Of a DNA stretch of 64,000 nt, positions 26,101-39,700 are shown in pieces. The translations under genes and the position numbers were made by a program. How positions within the stretch are numbered: position 1 is the stretch's first letter; each line of letters starts with the position of its first letter. Origin of the DNA: the human T2T-CHM13v2.0 reference genome, Homo sapiens; NCBI RefSeq assembly GCF_009914755.1, contig NC_060933.1; one strand, written 5' to 3'. The notes beneath the pieces are model-generated. The model was not told the origin of the DNA. It ran no database searches and saw only the letters and a list, made by a program, of their open reading frames with translations.

Positions 26101-29100
26101 TTCCATTCCGTTCCGTTCCGTTCCATGCCATTCCATTCCATACTATTCGGGTTAATTCCATTCCATTCCATTCGATTGCAATCGAGTTGATTCCATTCCA
26201 TTCCATTCCATTCTATTCCATTCCATTCCATTCCATTCCATTCCATTCCTCTGCACTCGCGTTGATTCCATTCCATTCCACTCCATTCCATTCCATTCCA
26301 TTCCTTTCGGTTCCATTCCATTCCATTCCATTCCATTCCATTCCATTCAATTCCGTTCCGTTCCATTCCATTCCATTCCATTCTATTCGGGTTAATTCCA
26401 TTCCATTCCATTCGATTGCAATCGAGTTGATTCCATTCCATTCCATTCCATTCCATTCCATTCCTTTCTATTCCATTACGGATGATTCCATTCCATTGCA
26501 TTCCATTCCATTCCATTCCCCTGTACTCGGTTTGATTCCATTCCCTTCCATTCCAATCCATGCCATTCCACTCGTGTTGATTCCATTCTTTCCATTCCAT
26601 TCAAGTTGAATCCATTCCATTGCATTCCATTCCATTCCATTCCCCTGCAGTCGTGTTGATTCCATTCCGTTCCATTCCATTCCATTCCATTCCATTCCAT
26701 TCCGTTCCGTTCCATTCCATTCCATTCCATTCTATTCGGGTTAATTCCATTCAATTCCATTCCATTCCATTCCATTCCATTCCATTCAGTTCCATTCCAT
26801 TCCATTCCATTCCATTCCATTCCGTTCCGTTCCGTTCCGTTCCATTCCATTCCATTCCATTCCATTCCATTCCCCTGCACTCGCGTTGATTCCATTCCAT
26901 TCCATTCCATTCCATTCCGTTCCGTTCCGTTCCGTTTCATTCCATTCCATTCCATTCCATTCCGTTCCGTTCCATTCCATTCCATTCCATTCTATTCGGG
27001 TTAATTCCATTCCATTCCATTCGATTGAAATCGAGTTGATTCCATTCCATTCCATTCCATTCCATTCCATTCCATTCCTTTCCATTCCATTACGGATGAT
27101 TCCATTCCATTGCATTCCATTCCATTCCATTCCCCTGTACTCGGGTTGATTCCATTCCATTCCATTCCAATCCATGCCATTCCACTCGTGTTGATTCCAT
27201 TCTTTCCATTCCATTCAAGTTGAATCCATTCCATTGCATTCCATTCCATTGGATTCCATCCGATTGCACTCGGGTTGATTCCATTCCATTGCATTCCGTT
27301 CCATTCCATTCCATTCCATTCCATTCAATTCCGTTCCATTCCATTACATTCGGATTGACTCTATTCAATTCCCTTACACTGCATTACATTCCATTCCATT
27401 CGGGTAGTTTCCATTCCATTCCATTCCATTCCTCTCCATTCCATTGCACTCAGGTTGATTCCATTCCATTGCATTCCATTCCATTCCATTCAATTCCATT
27501 CCGTTCCATTCCATTCCATTCCGTTCCATTCCATTCCATTCCGGAAGATTCCATTCCATTGCATTCCATTCCATTCCATTCCCCTGCACTCGCGTTGATT
27601 CCATTCCATTCCACTCCATTCCATTCCATTCCATTCCTTTCCGTTCCATTCCACTCCATTCCATTCCATTCCATTCCATTCCATTCCGTTCCGTTCCATT
27701 CCATTCCATTCCATTCTATTCGGGTTAATTCCATTCCATTCCATTCGATTGCAATCGAGTTGATTCCATTCCATTCCATTCCATTCCATTACGGATGATT
27801 CCATTCCATTGCATTCCATTCCATTCCATTCCCCTGTACTCGGGTTGAATCCATTCCCTTCCATTCCAATCCATGCCATTCCACTCCTGTTGATTCCATT
27901 CTTTCCATTCCATTCAAGTTGAATCCATTCCATTGCATTCCATTCCATTCCATTCCCCTGCAGTCGGGTTGATTCCATTGCATTCCATTCCATTCCATTC
28001 CATTCCATTCCATTCCGTTCCGTTCCGTTCCATTCCATTCCATTCTATTCGGTTTAATTCCATTCCATTCCATTCCATTCCATTCCATTCCATTCCATTC
28101 CATTCCAATCGAGTTGATTCCATTCCATTCCATTCCATTCCATTCCACTCCATTCCAGTCCTTTCCATTCCATTCCACTCGGGTTGATTCCATTCTATTC
28201 CTTTCCATTCCATTCCATTCCATTGCAATCGAGTTGATTCCATTGCTTTGCATTCCATTCCATTCCATTCCATTCCGGATGATTCCATTCCATTGCATTC
28301 CATTCCATTCCATTCCCCTGCACTCGGGTTGATTTCATTCCATTCCACTCCGTTCCATTCCATTCCATTCCATTCCATTGTATTCGGGTTAATTCCATTC
28401 CATTCCATTCCAGTCCTTTCCATTCCATTCCACTCGGGTTGATTCCATTCTATTAGTTTCCTTTCCATTCCATTCCCTTCCATTCCACTCTGGCTGATTC
28501 CATTCCTTTCCATTCCACTCGAATACATTCCCTCCTATTCCACTCGGAACGATTCCGTTCCATTCCATTCCATTCCATTCCATTCCATTTCATTCCATTC
28601 CATTCCATTCCATTCCATTTCGTTCCATTCCATTCTATTCCGTACCATTCCATTCCATTCCATTCCATTCCACTCGTGTTGATTCCATTCATTTCCATTC
28701 CATTCGGTTTGAAGGCATTCCATTCCATTCAATTCCATTCCATTCCATTCCATTCCATTCCATTCCATTCCAATCCATTCCATTCCATTGTACTCGGGTT
28801 GATTCCATTCCATTGCATTCCATTCCATTCCATTCCATTCCATTCCGTTGCTTTCCATTCCATTACATTCGGATTGATTCTATTCAACTCCCTTACTCTC
28901 CATTACATTCCATTCCATTCGGGTTGTTCCATTCCATTCCATTCCATTCCACTCCATTCCATTGCACTCGGGTTGATTCCATTCCATTCCATTCCATTCC
29001 ATTCCATTCCATTCCATTCCTTTCCGTTCCATTCCATTCCATTCCATTCCGTTCCGTTCCGTTCCATTCCATTCCATTCCATTCTATTCGGGTTAATTCC

Positions 29101-32100
29101 ATTCCATTCCATTGCATTCCATTCCATTCCATTCCAATCGAGTTGATTCCATTCCATTCCATTCCATTCAATTCCACTCCATTCCAGTCCTTTCCATTTC
29201 ATTCCACTCGGGTTGATTCCATTCTATTCCTTTCCATTCCATTCCATTCCGTTGCAATCGAGTTGATTCCATTGCTTTGCATTCCATTCCATTCCATTCC
29301 ATTCCGGATGATTCCATTCCATTGTATTCCATTCCATTACATTCCCCTGCACTCGGGTTGATTCCATTCCATTCCACTCCATTCCGTTCCATTCCGTTCC
29401 ATTCCGTTGTATTCGGGTTAATTCCATTCCATTCCATTCCATTCCATTCCATTCCATTCCATTCCATTAAAATAGAGTTGATTCCATTCCATTCCATTCC
29501 AGTCCTTTCCATTCCATTCCACTCGGGTTGATTCCTTTCTATTAGTTTCCATTCCATTCCATTCCCTTCCATTCCACTCTGGCTGATTCCATTCTTTTCC
29601 ATTCCACTCGAATACATTCCCTCCTATTCCACTCGGAACGATTCCATTCCATTCCATTCCATTCCATTCCATTCCATTCCATTCCATTCCATTCCATTTC
29701 GTTCCATTCCATTCTATTCCGTACCATTCCATTCCATTCCATTCCATTCCATTCCATTCCATTCCACTCGTGTTGATTCCATTCCTTTCCATTCCATTCG
29801 GTTTGAAGGCATTCCATTCCATTCAATTCCATTCCATTTCATTCCATTCCATTCCATTCCATTCCATTCCATTGCATTCCATTCCATTCCATTCCATTGT
29901 ACTCGGGTTGATTCCATTCCATTGCATTCCATTCCATTCCATTCCATTCCATTCCATTCCATTCCATTCCATTCCTTTGGTTTCCATTCCATTACATTCG
30001 GATTGATTCTATTCAACTCCCTTACTCTCCATTACATTCCATTCCATTCGGGTTGTTCCATTCCATTCCATTCCATTCCACTCCATTCCATTGCACTCGG
30101 GTTGATTCCATTCCATTCCATTCCATTCCATTCCATTCCATTCCATTCCATTCCGGATGATTCCATTCCATTGCATTCCGTTCCATTCCATTCCCCTGCA
30201 CTCGCGTTGATTCCATTCCATTCCATTCCATTCAATTCCATTCCATTACAATTCGTTCCATTCCATTCTATTCCGTAGCAATCCATTCCATTCCATACCA
30301 TTCCATTCCATTCCATTCCATTGCATTCCATTCCATTCCGTTCCATTCCGTTCCATTCCATTCCATTCCATTCTATTCGGGTTAATTCCATTCCATTCCA
30401 TTCCATTCCATTCGATTCCATTCTATTCCATTCCATTGCAATCGAGTTGAATCCATTGCATTTCATTCCATTCCATTCCATTCCATTCCATTCCATTCCT
30501 TTCCATTACATTACGGATGATTCCATTCCACTTCATTCCATTCCATTCCTTTCCATTACATTACGGATGATTCCATTCCATTTCATTCCATTCCATTCCA
30601 TTCCCCAGTACTCGGGTTGATGCCATTCCATTCCATTCCAATCCATGGCATTCCACTCGTGTTGATTCCATTCTTTCCATTCCATTCAAGATGAATCCAT
30701 TCCATTGCATTCCATTCCATTCGATTCCATTCGTTTGCACTCGTGTTGATTCCATGGCATTGCATTCCATTCCGTTCCATTCCATTCCTTTCCATTCCAT
30801 TCCATTCCTTTCCATTCCATTCCATTCCATTCGGATTCATTCTATTCAATTCCCTTACACTCCATTACGTTACATTCCATTCGTGTTGTTCCATTCCATT
30901 CCATTCCATTTCACTCCATTCCATTGCACTCGGGTTGATTCCATTCCATTCCATTCCATTCCATTCCGGATGATTCCATTCCATTGCATTCCGTTCTATT
31001 CCATTCCCCTGCACTCGCGCTGATTCCATTCCATTCCATTCCATTCCATTCAATTCCATTCCATTACAATTCGTTCCATTCCATTCTATTCCGTACCATT
31101 CCATTCAATTCCATACCATTCCATTCCATTCCATTCCATTCCATTCCATTCAGTTCCATTCCATTCCATTCCATTCCATTCCATTCTATTTGGGTTAATT
31201 CCATTCCATTCCATTCCATTCCATTCCATTCCATTCCATTCTATTCCATTCCATTGCAATCGAGTTGAATCCATTGCATTTCATTCCATTCCATTCCATT
31301 CCATTCCATTCCATTCCGGAAAATTCCATTCCATTGCATTCCTTTCATTCCATTCCCCTGCACTCGCGTTGATTCCATTCCATTCCATTCCATTCCATTC
31401 CATTCCGTTCCGTTCCGTACCATTCCATTCCATTCCATTCCATTCCATTTCGTTCCGTTCCATTCCATTCCATTCCATTCTATTCGGGTTAATTCCATTC
31501 CATTCCATTCGATTGCAATCCAGTTGATTCCATTCCATTCCATTCCATTCCATTCCATTCCATTCCATTCCAATACGGATGATTCCATTCCATTGCATTC
31601 CATTCCATTCCATTCCCCTGTACTCGGGTTGACTCCATTCCCTTCCATTCCAATCCATGCCATTCCACTCGTGTTGATTCCATTCTTTCCATTCCATTCA
31701 AGTTGAATCCATTCCATTGCATTCCATTCCATTCCATTCCCCTGCAATCGGGTTTATTCCATTCCATTCCATTCCATTCCATTCCATTCCATTCCGTTCC
31801 GTTCCGTTCCGTTCTGTCCCATTCCATTCCATTCCATTCTATTCGGTTTAATTCCATTCCATTCCATTCCATTCCATTCCATTCCATTCCAATCGAGTTG
31901 ATTCCATTCCATTCCATTCCACTCCATTCCAGTCCTTTCCATTCCATTCCACTCGGGTTGATTCCATTCTATTCCTTTCCATTCCATTCCATTCCATTGC
32001 AATCGAGTTGATTCCATTGCTTTGCATTCCATTCCATTCCATTCCATTCCGGATGATTCCATTCCATTGCATTCCATTCCATTCCATTCCCCTGCACTCG

Positions 32101-33795
32101 GGTTGATTCCATTCCATTCCACTCCATTCCGTTCCATTCCATTCCATTGCATTGTATTCGGGTTAATTCCATTCCATTCCATTCCATTCCATTCCATTCC
32201 ATTCCATTACAATCGAGTTGATCCCATTCCATTCCATTCCATTCCAGTCCTTTCCATTCCATTCCACTCAGGTTGATTCCATTCTATTAGTTTCCATTCC
32301 ATTCCATTCCCTTCCATTCCACTCTGGTTGATTCCATTCCTTTCCATTCCACTCGTATACATTCCCTCCTATTCCACTCGGAACGATTCCTTTCCATTCC
32401 ATTCCATTCCATTCCATTCCATTCCATTCCATTTCTTTCCATTCCATTCTTTTCCGTACCATTCCATTCCATTCCATTCCATTCCTTTCCATTCCACTCG
32501 TGTTGATTCCATTCCTTTCCATTCCATTCGGTTTGAAGGCATTCCATTCCATTCCATTCCATTCCATTCCATTCCATTCCATTCCATTCCATTCCATTCC
32601 GTTGTACTCGGGTTGATTCCATTCCATTGCATTCCATTCCATTCCATTCCATTCCATTCCGTTGCATTCCATTCCATTACATTCTGATTGACTCTATTCA
32701 ACACCCTTACTCTCCATTACATTCCATTTCATTCGGGTTGTTCCATTCCATTCCATTCCATTCCACTCCATTCCATTGCACTCGGGTTGATTCCATTCCA
32801 TTCCATTCCATTCCATTCCATTCCATTCCTTTCCATTACATTACGGATGATTCCATTCCATTGCATTCCATTCCATTCCATTCACCTCTACTCGGGTTGA
32901 TTCCATTCCATTCCATTCCATTCCATGCCATTCCACTCGTGTTGATTCCATTCTTTCCATTCCATTCAATTTGAATAAATTCTATTGCATTCCATTCCAT
33001 TCGATTCCATTCGATGGCACTCGGGTTGATTCCATTCCATTGCATTCCATTCCATTCCATTCCATTCCATTCCGTTCCATTCCATTCCATTACATTCGGA
33101 TTGATTCTATTCAATTCCCTTACACTCCATTACATTCCATTCCATTCGGGTAGTTTCCATTCCGTTCCATTCCATTCCTCTCCATTCCATTGCACTCGGG
33201 TTGATTCCATTCCATTCCATTCCATTCCATTCCATTACATTCCACTCCGGATGATTCCATTCCATTGAATTCCATTCCATTCCATTCCCCTGCACTTGGG
33301 TTGATTCCATTCCATTCCATTCCATTCCTTTCCGTTCCATTCCATTCCATTCCATTCCATTCCATTCCATTCCATTCTATTTGTGTTAATTCCATTCCAT
33401 TCTGTTCCATTTCATTCCATTGAAATCGAGTTGATTCCATTCCATTCCATTCCATTCCTTTCCATTCCATTCCGGATGATTCCATTCCATTGCATTCCAT
33501 TCCATTCCATTCCCCTGCACTTGGGTTGAATCCATTCCATTCCATTCCATTACATTCCGTTCCATTCCATTCCATTCCATTCTATTCGGGTTACTTCCAT
33601 TCCATTCCATTCCACTCCATTCCCGTCCTTTCCATTCCATTCCACTCGGGTTGATTCCATTCTATTCCTTTCCATTCCATTCCATTCCATTGCAATCGAG
33701 TTGATTCCATTCGAGTTGTATCCATTCCATTCCATTCCATTCCATTACATTGCACACGGTTTCATTCCATTCCATTCCATTCCATTCCATTCCAT
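23130..33795 (+). repeat. ~10.67 kb tandem duplication, copy 1
   Basis: Matching ORFs at offset 10668 from 23182/33850 to 29418/40086 (with small pentamer wobble), then 10623-10643 to 33662/44300. ACTCGGGTTGATTCAATTCC occurs at 23161 and 33829. Confidence 0.92.
23680..23694. promoter_or_regulatory. Perfect three-unit heat-shock element aTTCcgGAAgaTTCc (representative of about 29 copies in the window)
   Basis: Seen: ATTCCGGAAGATTCC = nTTCn nGAAn nTTCn. Established: this is the canonical HSF1 trimer site, and HSF1 binds Sat III DNA in nuclear stress bodies. Occupancy at this locus is untested. Confidence 0.55.
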
Positions 33796-36700
33796 TCCAT
33801 TCCATTCCATTCCATTCCATTCCATTGTACTCGGGTTGATTCAATTCCATTGCATTCCATTCCATTCCATTCCATTCCATTCCGTTGCACTCCATTCCAT
33901 TACATTCGGATTGATTCTATTAAACTCCCTTACTCTCCATTACATTCCATTCCATTCGGGTTGTTCCATTCCATTCCATTCCATTCCACTCCATTCCATT
34001 GCACTCGGGTTGATTCCATTCCATTCCATTCCATTCCGGATGATTCCATTCCACTGCATTCCGTTCCATTACATTCCCCTGCACTCGCGTTGATTCCATT
34101 CCATTCCATTCCATTCCGTTGAATTCCATTCCATTACAATTCGTTCCATTCCATTCTATTCCGTACCATTCCATTCCATTCCATACCATTCCATTCCATT
34201 CCATTCCATTCCATTCCATTCCATTCTATTCGGATTAATTCCATTCCATTCCATTCCATTCCATTCTATTCCATTCCATTGCAATCGAGTTGAATCCATT
34301 GCATTTCATTCCATTCCATTCCATTCCATTCCATTCCATTCCATTCCATTCCGGAAGATTCCATTCCATTGCATTCCATTCCATTCCATTCCCCTGCACT
34401 CGCGTTGATTCCATTTCATTCCATTCCATTCCATTCCATTCCATTCCTTTCCGTTCCATTCCATTCCATTCCATTCAATTCCATTCCATTCCGTTCCGTT
34501 CCATTCCATTCCATTCCATTCTATTCGGGTTAATTCCATTCCATTCCATTCGATTGCAATCGAGTTGATTCCATTCCATTCCATTCCATTCCATTTCATT
34601 CCATTCCTTTCCATTCCATTACGGATGATTCCATTACATTGCATTCCATTCCCTTCCATTCGCCTGTACTCGGGTTCATTCCATTCCATTCCATTCCATT
34701 CCAATCCATGGCATTCCACTCGTGTTGATTCCATTCTTTCCATTCCATTCAAGTTGAATCCATTCCATTGCATTCCATTCCATTCGCTTCCATTCGATTG
34801 CACTCGGGTTGATTCCATTCCATTGCATTCCATTCCATTCCATTCCATTCCATTCCATTCCATTCCATTCCGTTCCATTCCATTCCATTACATACGGATT
34901 GATTCTATTCAATTCCCTTACACTCCATTACATTCCATTCCATTCGGGTAGTTTCCATTCCATTCCATTCCATTCCTCTCCCTTCCATTGCACTCGGGTT
35001 GATTCCATTCCATTGCATTCCATTCCATTCCATTCCCCTGCACTCGCGTTGATTCCATTCCATTCCATTCTATTCCATTCCATTCCCTTCCTTTCCGTTC
35101 CATTCCATTCCATTCCATTCCATTCCGTTCCGTTCCATTCCATTCCATTCCATTCTATTCGGGTTAATTCCATTCCATTCCATTCGATTGCAATCGAGTT
35201 GATTCCATTCCATTCCATTCCATTCCATTCCATTCCTTTCCATTCCATTACGGATGATTCCATTCCATTGCATTCCATTCCATTCCATTCCCCTGTACTC
35301 GGGTTGATTCCATTCCATTGCATTCCAATCCATGCCCTTCCACTCGTGTTGATTCCATTCTTTCCATTCCATTCAAGTTGAATCCATTCCATTGCATTCC
35401 ATTCCATTCGATTCCATTCGATTGCACTCGGGTTGATTCCATTCCATTGCATTCCATTCCATTCCATTCCATTCCATTCCGTTCCATTCCATTCCATTAC
35501 ATTCGGATTGATTCTATTCAATTCCCTTACACTCCATTACATTCCATTCCATTCGGGTTGTTTCCATTCCATTCCATTCCATTCCTCTCCATTCCATTGA
35601 ACTCGGGTTGATTCCATTCCATTGCATTCCATTCCATTCCATTCAATTCCATTCCGTTCCATTCCATTCCATTACATTCGGATTGATTCTATTCAACTCC
35701 CTTACTCTCCATTACATTCCATTCCATTCGGGTTGTTCCAATCCATTCCATTCCATTCCACTCCATTCCATTGCACTCGGGTTTATTCCATTCCATTCCA
35801 TTCCATTGCATTCCATTCCATTCCATTCCCCTGCACTCGCGTTGATTCCATTCCATTCCATTCCATTCCATTCCATTCCTTTCCGTTCCATTCCATTCCA
35901 TTCCATTCCATTCCAATCCATTCCATTCCGTTCCGTTCCGTTCCATTCCATTCCATTCCATTCTATTCGGGTTAATTCCATTCCATTCCATTCGATTGCA
36001 ATCGAGTTGATTCCATTCCATTCCATTCCATTCCATTCCATTCCATTCCATTCCATTCCTTTCCATTCCATTACGGATGATTCCATTCCATTGCATTCCA
36101 TTCCATTCCATTCCCCTGTACTCGGGTTGATTCCATTCCATTCCATTCCAATCCATGCCATTCCACTCGTGTTGATTCCATTCTTTCCATTCCATTCAAG
36201 TTGAATCCATTCCATTGCATTCCATTCCATTCGATTCCATTCGATTGCACTCGGGTTGATTCCATTACATTGCATTCCATTCCATTCCAATCCATTCCAT
36301 TCCATTCCATTCCATTCCATTCCGTTCCTTTCCATTCCATTCCATTCCATTCCATTCCGTTCCATTCCATTCCATTACATTCGGATTGATTCTATTCAAT
36401 TCCCTTACACTCCATTACATTCCATTCCATTCGGGTAGTTTCCATTCCATTCCATTCCATTCCTCTCCATTCCATTGAACTCAGGTTGATTCCATTCCAT
36501 TGCATTCCATTCCATTCCATTCAATTCCATTCCGTTCCATTCCATTCCATTACATTCGGATTGATTCTATTCAACTCCCTTACTCTCCATTACATTCCAT
36601 TCCATTCGGGTTGTTCCATTGCATTCCATTCCATTCCGTTCCATTCCGGAAGATTCCATTCCATTGCATTCCATTCCATTCCATTCCCCTGCACTCGCGT

Positions 36701-39700
36701 TGATTCCATTCCATTCCATTCCATTCCATTCCCTTCAATTCCATTCCTTTCCGTTCCATTCCATTCCATTCCATTCCGTTCCGTTCCGTTCCATGCCATT
36801 CCATTCCATACTATTCGGATTAATTCCATTCCATTCCATTCGATTGCAATCGAGTTGATTCCATTCCATTCCATTCCATTCTATTCCATTCCATTCCATT
36901 CCATTCCATTCCATTCCTCTGCACTCGCGTTGATTCCATTCCATTCCACTCCATTCCATTCCATTCCATTCCTTTCGGTTCCATTCCATTCCATTCCATT
37001 CCATTCCATTCCATTCAATTCCGTTCCGTTCCATTCCATTCCATTCCATTCTATTCGGGTTAATTCCATTCCATTCCATTCGATTGCAATCGAGTTGATT
37101 CCATTCCATTCCATTCCATTCCATTCCATTCCTTTCTATTCCATTACGGATGATTCCATTCTATTGCATTCCATTCCATTCCATTCCCCTGTACTCGGTT
37201 TGATTCCATTCCCTTCCATTCCAATCCATGCCATTCCACTCGTGTTGATTCCATTCTTTCCATTCCATTCAAGTTGAATCCATTCCATTGCATTCCATTC
37301 CATTCCATTCCCCTGCAGTCGGGTTGATTCCATTCCGTTCCATTCCATTCCATTCCATTCCATTCCATTCCGTTCCGTTCCATTCCATTCCATTCCATTC
37401 TATTCGGGTTAATTCCATTCAATTCCATTCCATTCCATTCCATTCCATTCCATTCAGTTCCATTCCATTCCATTCCATTCCATTCCATTCCGTTCAGTTC
37501 CGTTCCGTTCCATTCCATTCCATTCCATTCCATTCCATTCCCCTGCACTCGCGTTGATTCCATTCCATTCCATTCCATTCCATTCCGTTCCGTTCCGTTC
37601 CGTTTCATTCCATTCCATTCCATTCCATTCCGTTCCGTTCCATTCCATTCCATTCCATTCTATTCGGGTTAATTCCATTCCATTCCATTCGATTGAAATC
37701 GAGTTGATTCCATTCCATTCCATTCCATTCCATTCCATTCCATTCCTTTCCATTCCATTACGGATGATTCCATTCCATTGCATTCCATTCCATTCCATTC
37801 CCCTGTACTCGGGTTGATTCCATTCCATTCCATTCCAATCCATGCCATTCCACTCGTGTTGATTCCATTCTTTCCATTCCATTCAAGTTGAATCCATTCC
37901 ATTGCATTCCATTCCATTGGATTCCATCCGATTGCACTCGGGTTGATTCCATTCCATTGCATTCCGTTCCATTCCATTCCATTCCATTCCATTCAATTCC
38001 GTTCCATTCCATTACATTCGGATTGATTCTATTCAATTCCCTTACACTGCATTACATTCCATTCCATTCGGGTAGTTTCCATTCCATTCCATTCCATTCC
38101 TCTCCATTCCATTGCACTCAGGTTGATTCCATTCCATTGCATTCCATTCCATTCCATTCAATTCCATTCCGTTCCATTCCATTCCATTCCGTTCCATTCC
38201 ATTCCATTCCGGAAGATTCCATTCCATTGCATTCCATTCCATTCCATTCCCCTGCACTCGCGTTGATTCCATTCCATTCCACTCCATTCCATTCCATTCC
38301 ATTCCTTTCCGTTCCATTCCACTCCATTCCATTCCATTCCATTCCATTCCATTCCGTTCCGTTCCATTCCATTCCATTCCATTCTATTCGGGTTAATTCC
38401 ATTCCATTCCATTCGATTGCAATCGAGTTGATTCCATTCCATTCCATTCCATTCCATTACGGATGATTCCATTCCATTGCATTCCATTCCATTCCATTCC
38501 CCTGTACTCGGGTTGAATCCATTCCCTTCCATTCCAATCCATGCCATTCCACTCCTGTTGATTCCATTCTTTCCATTCCATTCAAGTTGAATCCATTCCA
38601 TTGCATTCCATTCCATTCCATTCCCCTGCAGTCGGGTTGATTCCATTGCATTCCATTCCATTCCATTCCATTCCATTCCATTCCGTTCCGTTCCGTTCCA
38701 TTCCATTCCATTCTATTCGGTTTAATTCCATTCCATTCCATTCCATTCCATTCCATTCCATTCCATTCCATTCCAATCGAGTTGATTCCATTCCATTCCA
38801 TTCCATTCCATTCCACTCCATTCCAGTCCTTTCCATTCCATTCCACTCGGGTTGATTCCATTCTATTCCTTTCCATTCCATTCCATTCCATTGCAATCGA
38901 GTTGATTCCATTGCTTTGCATTCCATTCCATTCCATTCCATTCCGGATGATTCCATTCCATTGCATTCCATTCCATTCCATTCCCCTGCACTCGGGTTGA
39001 TTTCATTCCATTCCACTCCGTTCCATTCCATTCCATTCCATTCCATTGTATTCGGGTTAATTCCATTCCATTCCATTCCAGTCCTTTCCATTCCATTCCA
39101 CTCGGGTTGATTCCATTCTATTAGTTTCCTTTCCATTCCATTCCCTTCCATTCCACTCTGGCTGATTCCATTCCTTTCCATTCCACTCGAATACATTCCC
39201 TCCTATTCCACTCGGAACGATTCCGTTCCATTCCATTCCATTCCATTCCATTCCATTTCATTCCATTCCATTCCATTCCATTCCATTTCGTTCCATTCCA
39301 TTCTATTCCGTACCATTCCATTCCATTCCATTCCATTCCACTCGTGTTGATTCCATTCATTTCCATTCCATTCGGTTTGAAGGCATTCCATTCCATTCAA
39401 TTCCATTCCATTCCATTCCATTCCATTCCATTCCATTCCAATCCATTCCATTCCATTGTACTCGGGTTGATTCCATTCCATTGCATTCCATTCCATTCCA
39501 TTCCATTCCATTCCGTTGCTTTCCATTCCATTACATTCGGATTGATTCTATTCAACTCCCTTACTCTCCATTACATTCCATTCCATTCGGGTTGTTCCAT
39601 TCCATTCCATTCCATTCCACTCCATTCCATTGCACTCGGGTTGATTCCATTCCATTCCATTCCATTCCATTCCATTCCATTCCATTCCTTTCCGTTCCAT

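Noticed and set aside
23230-33150. CRISPR-like appearance of conserved landmark modules separated by variable sequence
   Set aside because: The intervening sequence is the same CATTC satellite, of irregular length (hundreds of bp), not unique 25-45 bp spacers. No cas genes or leader, and the DNA is primate satellite.
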